Source: Cirrosporium novae-zelandiae (taxonomy: Eukaryota). From it: 40,287 nt of DNA. Positions within the stretch are counted from its first letter, which is position 1; every line of letters begins with the position of its first letter. The stretch spans positions 62,001 through 102,287 of the forward strand of contig JAPETS010000065.1 in assembly GCA_026023565.1 (NCBI GenBank), read 5' to 3'. Shown piece after piece: positions 1 to 12,240 of the stretch. A program made the position numbers and the translations under genes. The notes beneath the pieces were generated by a model that did not search any database, had not been told where the DNA came from, and saw only the letters and a program-made list of their open reading frames with translations.

Positions 1-2517
1 AGCATCTTAGAAAATTTCCATTGGTGAATGATAACATTTGCCCTCTACTGTATGCTGCCAAAGTAATGTTAAATTATGGCCTGAGATGTGCTTCGGGAGG
101 CACTCGAGGATCACGAGGTTGAAGAAAATCTTTTTGGTACAAATTGTTATCAGCAAATGTAGCAAAATCTATCTGGTGGCAATAGAGTTCAGACGAATTA
201 TATTCTGTAAAAACTTCCACCGTAGATTTCTTATCTTTCTTGATAGCCCTGACATCAGCGAGTTCGGTAGCCAGGAATTGGATGCCTGAGGAATACATGA
301 GGAATATCATGCCAAAGCCAATAGGACTTTTGTCATGGCGAATGATGTGGTGAACTTGTGATTATCGTCTGAGACTAACAGTGGAGTGGAGTGGGTTTGC
401 TGATATTTTATCAGACCAGCAGAAAACTGTCAGACGATAGCTAATATGGATTTTTCAGGCTGTTCAGGTTCAGGTTGTCTCAACCGTCAACGGCTTGTCC
501 AGGACGAGCTGACTCAACTGGAGTAGGCAAAAAAGTTCAAGAGGCTTGATGACATTGGGGAAGTACCCTATCATGTATAATGATGATATCTGTCCAAAAA
601 TTGATTTCTGCTGGCATCAAAAGTTGGAAGAAATGGGGTAAATGCATGATGCGGATGTATGATGCATATACCCTACCCTGTCGATGACCCGAGATGATGG
701 ATGCCTGAGGAGGGGTGGGTGGGTGCCTGGGTCTCAGTTGCCTGCTCGCGATGGACTGCTGGTGATGGGACTGGAGAATGCCATGAATGCCTGGCGAAGT
801 GAGAGACGCTGAGATTTGGAGTAGCCATGGAGAATAATTACTTATCAAATCCTGGAGTTGTCCCTAGTGACGGGCTAGACTCATGACTGGTTCCTCGGGA
901 TACAGGCGTAGTAACTCCTACTCAAGTCTTGGAACGGATTGCTCATTCGAGAGAAGCGCAGGCGTTAAAATTGATTGTAGTTTGGCAGTCGTAAGCCTAG
1001 TGCTGCTTCTGAATGACTCTGAATGGCTCTAAGAATCATGCTTCTCTTCCTCGGATGATCCGGTGCTGTGTATGGAATGGCCTCGGGTACATTTCGAGGA
1101 GTGTGGGTGGTAAATTACTAAGTAGAAAGTACCTAAGTAGCTACCTTAAGACAGGTGTGTGGCATCCTTTTGTTAGCCGCCTTTTTGGTTCATTTTGATT
1201 TGGCTTTTCTTTCCTTTCCCTCTGGGTGTGTTCTAGGGCCAGTCATGGAAGTTTGCTTGTTTGCAAGGGGGGGTGGATATATTAAGCGAGAGAGGTAATA
1301 TATCATCGATATGGTGTAGATATCGTCATGGGGTGTCATCTTAATTAACCGAAACTAACCTAGAATTGTTCTTCCAATTTGCTTTGTCCATCAGGGTGCA
1401 ATTCCAGGAGTTCCGATACACACAATCAATCAATCAATATCTTAGACATACTCCTACCCCCCCCCCCCCCTGTCATCGCTGTGTCTGGTTAAGAGCCTTA
1501 TCCCACGGCATCACGGTAAGTATTTTGAATCATAGGTTCTCCATCGTCCCATGGCCCCATACACTGACTCTATAGGCCCCATAACCGAAAATACCCCCCC
1601 CCCAGGCAGGCCCCCATGAGTCCATTCAAAGAGACTGCCAGGACCCATCCTTGCTGACTTTCCAATGACTCCCATCTCTTCCTCTCGCCAGCCTTTGGAG
1701 GGTCCGTGAGCAACTGTCCCTTCCTATCAAGCTTCATTTCATGCACAGCTCTTCATTTGTTCTTGCTTCTTCGTCCTTCGAAAAAAAAAATAACCAAGAC
1801 ACTTACTATTCTTCATAGAACTCTCCTCGCCCTTCCTTCGACGTCCTTACCCCCCCCCCCCATATATCACCAAATATCTTATTCTTAGTTTTGTTTGTTG
1901 GATCTACCTTACCAGCTGTAGATCTCTTTGGGTTCTTTAGAAGTCACATGTATGCGTCACCGGGAAGCTTGAGTCTTCGTTTGTCTTAGCTGCATCACGG
2001 CCATCTGCTCTGCATTTTCAAATCGCCATATCCCTCGTTTATGAAGTCTCCCGCCATCAATTTATTCAGATCATAAACGGTCGATAGACATTGACCATAT
2101 CTGATCCCTTCGGTTTCGGTTGCTCGCTTTGTGGGTGTGCTATCATCCGTACCGATCGTTGCCAAGAACCCCAACCCGGATATTGCGCAGAATGATGGCA
2201 CCCGCGTGAATATATAGGAAATTATATTGAAGCAAACAGGAAGGTCGGTGGATGGAATCTGCGCTTGAATCTCTCGGCGGGTTTGTGACAGTTTGCAATA
2301 ATCCTCATCTTCACCGCCATCCTTGAACATTCCAACCTCGATTGTGTGGACATGGATTCGATCCAAGTGTACTGGTTCAATTTCCAACTCCCACCTTTAT
2401 AACAAAATTCGCTCAACTCAATAAGCCAAGTCCAAGCTGTCGGCTTACCTTGAGTGTCACGAGCCTTATTCAACCGCGCTCAGCGCTGAGCGGGCGAAGG
2501 CCTGGATACACATCACC

Positions 2518-5517
2518 ATGCATCAACATCCGCGTGGGCCACTGCCAACCACGGCAGCTCGGGGGAATTCACCTTGGACTAACCCATCAGCACAAACAAA
2601 TAATTCCAGAGACTCCGGACAGGAAAGCCTAGGTTCTAGTCCATCCAGTGTGGATCCTCGCACGCTGGATCAAGGAGAGTTAGAGGGACAGCTAACTTCA
2701 GCTAGCATGAGAGAAGCAGTCGCCAAACTGAATCAAGTTGTTCAGGTATGTCTTGTAGAAGAGCCTGTTGAGGAGAGAGCTAACCAGTCTTTTACAGAAC
2801 TATCATACCAAAGCAGCACTAATCATACTTCAATCCCGAATATTATTGCCTCCTACCTATACCAAAGGAACTGATACGAAACGCATTAATAGATGGGTAA
2901 GTTGAGAAACACATCTGCCATGCACTCATTCATTATTTCTTCTAGAAAATTGATTTTACTTTGCTCTGAATGCTTGTATGTACTAACATGCTCTTGATAG
3001 TTTAATGTCGAAATCGACGAGACAGATGCCTTGAAAGATTATCTCAAGCTTTGGAAGCAATCTGACTATCTTGTCCATCGTCCACCTACTCTGTACATTG
3101 ATATTTACCTCGACACAAGCCAGCTTACATCAAGCGAAAGTCTTGTGATAATAGACGGGCAAGAGAAACGTTGGGACGTCTTGACAAGCCTGAATGCTGC
3201 AGGTGGACATAACATTGAGGGCAAATCGGCGGACCAGAAGCGAGTCATCCTCGAGCGATGGAAGATCGAACTGGGGAATCCAGCAAGTCCTTTACCTGCT
3301 GATCTTGGACTGATATTGCCAACCGTGTACAAGAAAAGCATTGTCCTGTTCAGGTCTCTTTATATGTACTGTCAGTTGATGCCTGCCTGGAAGTTTGGGA
3401 AACGGCTACCGAAACTCAGATCAAACAGCTCCTTAAAGCTGAGTTTCGACGTTTTCCCTGATAATTTACAAACATCTCATTCCGACGGCTTGTATGCACC
3501 TCTTTACGAAGGGAGTGACCCGGTCGTAGACACATTTTCTTTAGGAGGCACAGATTCGCCGGCCGGCCCTCTGTCAATACAAGTAACTTACCGGAAAAAC
3601 TGCGACTTTCGTGTTGATGATTCGGAAGCTCTATTGAGTTCTCATTTCATGGGTATGGACGATGAATTTTTCAGACCATCCCTGGAATCGAATCGAGGCC
3701 AACCCTTGCCTCAACGTGAACCTACAAGAGAAGCTGGCTCTGTTCCCCTTGAACGAATGGGATACCAAAACGAGCCCGATAGAGGACAAGCATACGGAAG
3801 CATGTCTACCTTCCACCAACCAGGGCCAGCAGCTGGTTCAAGTCCAATATCTGCTCTGAGAGCTGCCAGTAATACTGGCCCCCAAAGTCCGGTAGGATCT
3901 GCGCCGCGCCCAAGGCCATCCAGTCTTCGATCCATGCAAAACTCCAAGTCATCATTGAGATCAGTCGAGAATGCTTCTGGTCCACCAAGACGCCCATCCG
4001 TATCTTTTTTTAAAGCTCCAACTTTGTCTTCATCTCCGTCACCAGGAGAACAGTTAGTTCCACCATCCCCAAGAAATTCTCTCAATCGCCCCTCTCCGCT
4101 CTCTGGGCTTGCAGAAGCTAGGAGTAAACAATACCAAGGCCTTGGGCATGCACCCTTGTCTCCAGCGGTCCCCCAACGAAACTTTCCTACCTCTGAAAAT
4201 GCCATTGCTTCATCTACATCAAGCTCTCCGAAGCCTGCACCTATTGCTCGGTACAGCAGTAGCTTTGGACACAGGAAAGCACGGCCATCAACTGGAGGAA
4301 GTAAAACGGAGGAAGACAATAGTAGTGGGAAGACTAGCGCTACATCCTCTGCAGCCCATCCGGGTTCTGGAACTCTTGCTGAAGGGACCGCTGGAAGTGC
4401 AGAGTCAATTCATCAAGATGATGGAAATATTGCTGACTTCTTGAGAATGATCGACTCTAAAAGAGATCTCAAAAGTTTCCGTGCTTCAAATCCAGCTGCT
4501 TTAGAGGCTTCAACCCGTCGTACTAATGCAATACTCAACAAGGCACAACGTATGCGGGATTCCAACGCCCAACTTTCTGACTCGATGTCTTCCTCCGTCC
4601 ATCTTCACCGTTCCTCCAGTTCCTCCAGTCGCCAACTATCCAACGTTCCAGCTATGATAGTTGGTACTTCCATCTCAACATCATCCTCGCCTGGTGGAAA
4701 GCCTATTTCCCCTCATACCCCACATACGCCAGCAATCCCTTCACGTCTAAGCGCAAATAGTGTTCTAGACTATACACAACATGAAGAAGATACAGATTCC
4801 CATTCACAAGATGAGGCTGCCCCGAACTCTGAACACGGTTCAAGTGATGATACCGCTCGAGATGCTGCGAGTAATGCAATTGATATTCCCACTTCACCTC
4901 GCTCCTTCCAGCGACCATATAGGAGATCAAGTTCAGTTGCACACAGATACCGTACCTCAGGGTTCGATGAAGAAATTGGTGACATACTACCATTTGGAAC
5001 CCGTAGCGCAAGCCTTGGTGCAGACGAAAGGCCAGCTCTAAGCTTAAATGCTCTCAGAGGAATTCAGGATACTGCTGGTACTGCAACATCGACACATCAC
5101 CGGGACCAACCTCAATCTAACCCGGATGTGGGAAGTGCTGACGATAAGAAGCAAGACCATTCATCTTCTGTAGAATCACGAGAAGAGGCTCAGTTACCCA
5201 GTCGACCCTCAACAAGCTCACTTAACTCCCCGCTCCGCCCAAGACTCGGTCGTATTGGAGCCCGTGGTGGTCATACAAGCGCCCAAGGCTCTGTTACTAG
5301 TTTTACTGGCGAAGGACAAGGATCAGATCGCCGAAGTGGCCGATATAGTTTCTCCCGTCCCGGAAATAATAACCTTGATGAAGACGAACCACTACTTTTT
5401 GCCATGAGCGATTTTCGTAGTACCGATGATGGCGATCGTAGCAATAGCGGGAAGGATTCTAACTCCTCTGCAAAACGAGGAAGCCGAAGAGGGGGTGCTC
5501 CACACCCTTGGGGGTGA
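2518..5517 (+). CDS. ATG13: Autophagy-related protein 13 (N-terminal HORMA domain plus long Ser/Pro-rich disordered region), ~947 aa
   Basis: Exons 2518-2745, 2798-2896, 3001-5517, with GTATGT..GCTAAC..CAG and GTAAGT..ACTAAC..TAG introns. The spliced protein reads [80 protein letters not shown] and ends [12 protein letters not shown], all typical of Pezizomycotina Atg13. Confidence 0.93.
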
Positions 5518-6950
5518 GCATCTTGACAGTGAATGCACTCCCTTGAAGTCTTGTGTATAAATGACAGTTCGGGACGGTTGGAACACTAGAGGATGTCTAA
5601 GAAGACTCATGCTCATTTCCATCCTCTAGTCTGACGAAGCGAATGAAGCTTCTACCTAGTTTGGGTGCTGAGGTCTACCAAACGGATCAAATCTTAGGAA
5701 GGGGAGCACACCCTATCCCATCGATCTAATCTACCTACTCTAACTTGTATTATTCTATCGGAGAGATGGAATTATATCCTTAAGGGGCATTCTTGGGTAG
5801 ATGTGAGGTCCCTCTGTTCATGTTTTCTTTTTTAACAAGATTTTTACGGTACGTAAAGCGTATACGTACATAACGTTGGTATTAGGACTTGTGGATGGAT
5901 GATATATTCCTCGGGGGTTTGGAAAGACTGTCTCAATTTGATGCCATGAAATGATTTGGTGATTGTGGCGTCGGCATTTGTGATAACCTCTGGGCTTAGG
6001 TATCAAACCTAAGTAGGTGCTACCGTTACGGTTGGTTGGCATTACTCTAAGGGTTGATATGCAGGCGTTTCGGGCGGTTTTCTGACTTTATTACTTATTT
6101 TACTTTTCTTCTCTGGTTTGGTGGTAAGAGGCCTTGGGGAGTTGTCAAACCACAAATACCCCAGCTGCTTGCATCGGTTTGCTCGCTCAATGATTACTGG
6201 ATTGGACCCGGGAAAGGCATTCTAGGAGGGTATTCATAGTTCTTCAAGGCAAACAACCAGGTTGAACAGGACTGGAGAGGAAAACATGGATTCCCTGGCC
6301 TGGAAATAACAAGCTTAACATGGCTTTTAGTATTTCTTAACGATGAATGGAAATGAAATCCAAAAATTTCTTCAACCTTCAATAGATCCAAAGTAGCACT
6401 CACTTTCCTATATCGATAGAACACGGCGAAGGCTGTCGGTAAATTTAATTTTTCCCGTCACTTGCCTTGTCATAATTTGTTCCACTTTCGGCTAGGTATC
6501 CTCAACTTGTTGAGCATCAAGCCTAGTTAATTAAACAATGATACAGCAGCTAGAATATACTAGCTGATTTCTCGGAAACAAATTGTGAATATATTCCAGA
6601 GCCAATTATTTGGCTGAATGACATCTCTAAAATCATGGAATTTTACCCTACATTACTGTACAGCCCGAAAATTGGGCTATGCACATAAAGACGTGATAGT
6701 TAAATGTTTACAGCGACCAATCCTAAAGCTCATCCGTTATATACAAGTGACATTTGCGAAAGTGACGGTGGTGTATGGTATAAGGTAGGATGCAGCTAAA
6801 CTGTTGATCGAGCAAGACTTCTAGCAAGGCTGAGAGATCGCGTCATGGCTGTCCTGTACAGCGATTCAATGTTGGGTGCTCTTCAGACGAGCTGTTCACA
6901 TATATTCAGAGATCGAATGCGGAACCTAACCTCAAAGTAAATTACTTGCA

Positions 6951-9900
6951 ATGATGCCTGCTTTTGGTTTCTCCGTGGGTGATTTCGTCAGTGCTGTCGG
7001 TAAGTGCTGGGACGTGACAGTCGGACTTCAAGAGAACGATAACTGACAGTCAAAAACAACCTAGGCCTAATTACGAAAATCACCAACGCTTTGAAAAAGA
7101 CCGGCGGTGCAAATTCCGAATATCAAGATGCAATCTTGGAGCTAGAGAGCTTAAAGAATGTCCTTCAGCGTTTACAAGCTTTGGAACCGAATGAAAGCAA
7201 CCATCACCATGTCAATGCAATACGGGGAATGGCCTTGGCCTGTCAGCATCCACTGCAGAACTTCTTGGAAAAATTGGAACGATATGAATCCTCAATGGGA
7301 ATTTTCAGCTCGACAAGAACGTTTAGAGGAGCAAAGGACAGAATAGACTGGGCGCTACGTATGGCTACAGAAGTCAAAAACCTACGAGCTCTAGTATCCG
7401 CTAAGATCATTAGCGTGAATCTTCTCCTTGCTATACATGCTTCGTGAGACTTCTATATCCGAGATCTCCCCAGCTGCCATTAACTAGTACCATTAAGTGA
7501 GAGTGTTTCGAGACTGGAGTCAAATACTATTACCTATCGGAATAAACTTCTTTGCAAGATTCAAGAGTATCAAAATGGGCTGGACGTCCTCGCAGATCGG
7601 GTCGAGGAGATTAAAGACGCTGTTAAGGTAGCTGAAGAATCTGCGTCCGGCTCCATGTCAAAACAACTCGAGGGCTCTGTGCTCACCCAGGATAAGCTCG
7701 ATAGTATATTGGAGAGAATGGATGCCAATGCTTCTAATACTAATGATATATTATTAGGCATTGAGACTTTTAAAGGCGCGTTGATGAGCATAAAAAACCT
7801 TGGGAAAGCTTTTCCAGGTTCATTGGTACATTTCCTCAAGAAATTCGAGACCTATTACGCAAGATTCTCCAGACGAATTTCCAAATATACAACATTCTAC
7901 TCATCCTACAGAACCGTGTTTCTTCATCACCTACCTTGCTTCTCCAATCCAATATAACCTTTCAAGATTGTTTAGGTAGAACACAGTCTCTTCCGTATGA
8001 ATGGTTCCGGCATTGGGAGGTATGATGGCTTCTATCACCATAAGGCAATAAAATTAGTCGGCTAATACCACCGAAACAGCTCTTTGAAGGCTTGTTACGC
8101 GCAGAATTCAAAAATGCGCCAGGATTCAATCAAGTGGTTCAAGGCCAATATCATTTACTGAATGTGAAACAGTTAGACTCGATAATCGATAAGGAGGAAT
8201 GGGATAGACGAATTTTTCCAGGATCAGAGATCACAATGTCAATAATCTTGTCGCGCTTGCAATCCCGTCCAGGAGTTTGTCCACGTTCAAGCTGTGGGCA
8301 CAAATTTGAACGTATGGAGAACAACAAAAACCTGCTTTGGTAAATTTCTAGCCTTATAATGTATAGGATATATATGAGCTGATACATTGTTCACGAACAG
8401 TCCCGAGTGCGGACTCAAATACTACCCAGAATCCTTCGATCAAAACATTGGATTCGAGGATTTAGCAATACTTGACGACGAAGAAAGAGTTATGCAACGG
8501 CAAATAGCGGAAGATTTTAAATTGTTTGGAGACTGTTCAAAGTTACGAGATCCCGAAGAAGTTCTAGATGGAAGTTCTGAAGCAGTCTTGAAAGCTCCAA
8601 AGAGAAAGTGGCGCGAGCTTGATAGTGAAATTGAGGATAGGTCATCAGAGACTCACAAGAATCCAAAACTAACTCATGTGGAGGAAAAATCAGGAATTGA
8701 CTGGAGAAATGGCAAGACACCAATTGAAGCCTGGTTAAATCAGGTCGCTCCCCTGAAACAGTTGCCTACTGAAGAAGAAATAAAATATCATCAAAAGCAA
8801 AGGTCTGAAGAGAAGGCGAAAGATGCCGAGAAAGAAGAAATAGAACTCTTTCGCCAAGTACATCTTAAGGCTTTTGATGAAGTGGGCGTTGAGTTCAATA
8901 TTCCTCTTTCAAACCTTGAACTTGGAGTCAGTATCTACCAGAGGAATATATTAGATAAGTTTCCAGATTTACCACTTTTCCTCGCACGTCGACTAGCACT
9001 TGCGAACTTCCATCGGGCTGAGAGGCTCTATGCAAGTCGACAGGCCCTAGGAAAACATGAAAATCCTCACATTTCAGATAGTACAGCCACGCTTCAAATT
9101 TCTGCTAGCTTTTTAGGCCCAGAAAAATCGGGAAATGATCAAAATAATGATCGTTCGCTAAAGCAAATGTTACCAACGGCTAGGGCCACGCATGATTTTT
9201 GGTCAGGGGGAAATCGGTCTTATCGGACACCATCTGCCCGCTCAAGGTCATCAAGTATGAACAGTTCACTGCGTAGAGATAGACATGTTGATCTCGAGGA
9301 GGGTTTAAACTCACGAAAAGGCCAAAATATGGGTTTTAAATATTTTTCCAAATTTATTGAAACCGAGATCTTATCCTGTCCAGTTTTACTCCCTCCAGAT
9401 GAGAGGTCTCGGTCAGCTTTACCCCATCCACCTGTTCCTCTTGGAAAGCAGAAATCGTTTCGGTGTGATATCTGCGGTCAGATGGTAGAGATTATTTCCA
9501 AAAAGGCTTGGCAGTAAGTTTTCAACTGATAGCTAGATGTGTGGATTTCAATTAACCAAACCATAGGAAGCATGTGCTATGGGATGACCTTAAACCATAT
9601 GTGTGTTGTTTTAAAAATTGCCTAGATGCTGATCAGACATTTTCGACACGGAAGGAATTCATAAGGCATCAGGTAAAACATGTTAGAATGACAACAGGTG
9701 GATGGACGGCCTACCAGGTCTGTTATGATCAATGTATGAGCGAATCTGGCCTTGGTAGCAACACCGCAGCCTCGTATCATTATCGTAAATACCCAGCCGA
9801 CCGTCCTTGCCTCTTCTGCGGTGAACCACTGTATTTTGAAGAGGCCTTTGAAACCCATTTCGGGGTACACATGGAAGAAATTTCATATGCTGCGGTTTCT

Positions 9901-9969
9901 CGGGTCTGTGAAGAATGGCTGTTTTATACCGATTCGTCAGAGATAATGAGCGAGCAACAGAAGAGTTGA
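6951..9969 (+). CDS. Fungal multidomain protein: N-terminal helical domain (fungal STAND N-terminal/SesA-like) + ubiquitin-like domain + Cys knuckle + C-terminal C2H2 zinc fingers; one internal frameshift, possibly a pseudogene
   Basis: Exons 6951-6999, 7065-7443, 7498-8019 (frame change near 7790-7813), 8080-8339, 8401-9513, 9567-9969. The MMPAFGFSVGDFVSAVG..GGANSEYQ..ELESL..L N-terminus matches the fungal N-terminal domain family. ITFQDCLGRTQSLPYEWFRHWE|LFEGLLRAEFKNAPG..GQYHL..W..IFPGSEITMSII resembles the fungal ubiquitin-like domain. Zinc-binding motifs: CPRSSC..CPEC, FRCDICG..WQKHV..DLKPYVCCFKNC..F..H..H, CLFC..HF..H. Confidence 0.7.
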
Positions 9970-10435
9970 AACAGCTAGGAAGGTTCAAGTAAAGCTCGCC
10001 TTCTATCCCGTGATCTTTATAAGGATGTAAGGAGAATCACACACGGGGGAGGAGAATCAATTGAATTCTATGTCCAAACAGAACCGATGTAACTAACCAA
10101 CCACGATATAGAAATCTAATCAGTCACCATTGACCAACCACTGAATTTATTATTTTAAGTGTGTGCAGGGACAATGAAGCAGGGAGAAACAAACAACCAA
10201 CCAACCAACTCCTCCCCAATGGACTTTCCAAATTAAAGATATTCAATTATAGAGAAGAACACCAATACCAATATGACCAATCGCTACTGTAGCGCTCTTG
10301 GGAATCGAAATCAGAATCGAAATCGGGATCGAACTCAACCTGGTACAGTACTCTTGGCATCCGAACATATGAAATCTCGAAATCATGTTTAAAAGATTAA
10401 AGATTATAAATAGATATCTTCTTAACCCCAAGAAA

Positions 10436-11128
10436 AGGAATAGACCAGACCGACCAGACCAAGGCCCTCGGTCTGGTCGGTCACATGATGAGACAGGGGT
10501 TTAATTGGTCAGATAATGATTATATAATATATAAATCAGGGTCTTGACCGAGGCTTTGGTGTTGATTTTCCCTTCTTTTTTGTTCCACCAAACAGTATTC
10601 TACTATTTATTGTCTTCAATTCCTAAGCTCTTCCTAATTATAATATAAATCACATACGCAAGGAATCCGAGGCAAAATTTGGGATTTTGGGTACCTAAGA
10701 TTAAAAATTTAATCAAATATTCAATAAAATACTCAGTAAAATACCTAATAGAACACTTAATACGAGCCTGAGAAGAAGCCTCAGTTAGAAACTTAATCAG
10801 AAGCTCAGTAGAAATCTCAGTCAGAAATTCAGTGCAAATCTCATTACAAACCTTAATGGAATGCCCAGTGCGAGCCTCAGTCCATAAGAGAGGCCTCAGT
10901 ACTCGAGTACAGTAATCAGGGGCTCAACGGGCGGGTATTCGGGGTTATCGGGGGCTTTAGGTAATTCCGAACTCTGACGTCCCCCAAAATCTCAACACCA
11001 CAAAAATCTTCCCCCCACCATATAATTCGTATTTATATAGACTGGATAGACTTTGGGCAATCAAGGTCTGGTCGGTCTGGTCGGTCTACGTCAGACCGTC
11101 TATTTGGTCTAGTCTATTCCTAACCCTG
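10436..11128. mobile_element. Degenerate non-autonomous TIR DNA transposon (MITE-like, possibly hAT-derived)
   Basis: AGGAATAGACCAGACC (10436-10451) is a 15/16 inverted match to 11106-11121. Both ends carry tandem GACCAGACC/GGTCTGGTC subterminal repeats, and the right end reads CAGGGTTAGGAATAGAC on the minus strand. The interior is AT-rich with no ORF. No clean TSD was found and the left terminus looks truncated. Confidence 0.55.
10725..10905. repeat. Degenerate ~12-bp tandem minisatellite inside the transposon relic
   Basis: Successive units such as AAGCCTCAGTTA, GAAACTTAATCA, GAAGCTCAGTA, GAAATCTCAGTCA, GAAATTCAGTG, CAAATCTCATTA, CGAGCCTCAGT. Confidence 0.6.
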
Positions 11129-11216
11129 GCAAACAACTCCCTCCGAGTGGAATTTTCCAAATCAAAGATATTCAATTATAGAATCTCAAGGCGACGACAA
11201 ACGGACAATAAAATGA

Positions 11217-11852
11217 ATCATCATCATCATCATCATCATCAGAATCTCAAATCATCTTAAAGGGACATGGTGGTTACCCGCTACCTGTTACAGTAGTTCA
11301 AAGCAAGCGAGAGTATTGTAACCCAACCCCCAACCCTATTTACCTTAAGTATAAAGCTTGCTTGCTCGTAACAAATCAAGACTTCCATCCTTGAAAAAAG
11401 AAAATCAGTAAAGCGTTTTTAAAAATCAAAGCCAAGGCTTCTCATTTTAATTTTGGTTTTTTGTTCGTTCGTTAGGTTGGGTTGGACATTTTAGGAAGGT
11501 AAGAGGAGGAGGATGAGGATGGTGATGATGATAAAAGGGTTTTGGAAAAAAAAAAAAAAAAAAGAAAGTCAGGGGGGAGAAGGGGATTTTTGGTGAGGTA
11601 GATAGTAGGTAGGTGATCGTATAGTACTGAAAGTGTGCTTGCTAGGCTTGGTGAGAAGAAAGAAAAGTGGTTAGGTAGGTAGGTAGGTAGGTAGGTAGGA
11701 GGATAGATGGATGACGGTGAAAGTAGTGGTAGTAGTGGTTATATATATATACTTGTTTTCAAGTGAGGGTTTCTGACTGGTTGGCTATTTGAGGTAACGG
11801 TGTGTAAAGGAAAAGGAAAAGGAAAAGGAAAAGATAAGAGAAGAGAAGAGAA
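11217..11852. repeat. Microsatellite-rich intergenic spacer
   Basis: (ATC)8 at 11217-11240, poly-A at ~11546-11563, (TAGG)7 at 11672-11699, and (GGAAAA)n/(AAGAG)n at ~11809-11852. Confidence 0.85.
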
Positions 11853-12240
11853 GTTATGATGATGATATATATATGTTATGTGTGGTCTGTAAGAGCTCTG
11901 CTATTATTGAATAAATAAGGAGGTTAAGCTGTTTAGCTATTGGGGGGTGGAGGTGATATAACTTATTCCCAAGAATAGACAGTAAAGGTTGTTGTGGCAA
12001 GTATAGATAAAGCAGAGAGAGAAAAAAAAGGGGGAGCGGAGGGGGGGTGGGTAAGTAAAACTAGGCTCTGGCTATATACCTAGGTATGCTTACAAGCTTC
12101 ATAAATAGGGAAGCCCCTTTAGCTATCTTGTCCATACGGTACCGCTTTTCTAAATGCCTAATCTCACCACCACTAGCACTACCACCGCTGCCACTACAAT
12201 TCAGGTTATTCCTTTCTTCGCCAGCTCCATTACCACTATC

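Noticed and set aside
1..1900. Short ORFs and C-runs that might be a decayed transposon or pseudogene
   Set aside because: All minus-strand frames I translated (about 1-660) contain multiple stops and I recognise no domain, LTR or TIR. A RIP-decayed relic is possible but not supportable without a search.
1995..2473. Minus-strand ORFs (130 aa and 83 aa) upstream of ATG13
   Set aside because: No recognisable motifs, and they overlap the probable ATG13 promoter/5' UTR.
3711..4319. 202-aa antisense ORF within ATG13, and similar shadow ORFs within REC114, CUE2, catalase and the repeat gene
   Set aside because: Explained by codon bias and low complexity of the real gene on the other strand or frame.
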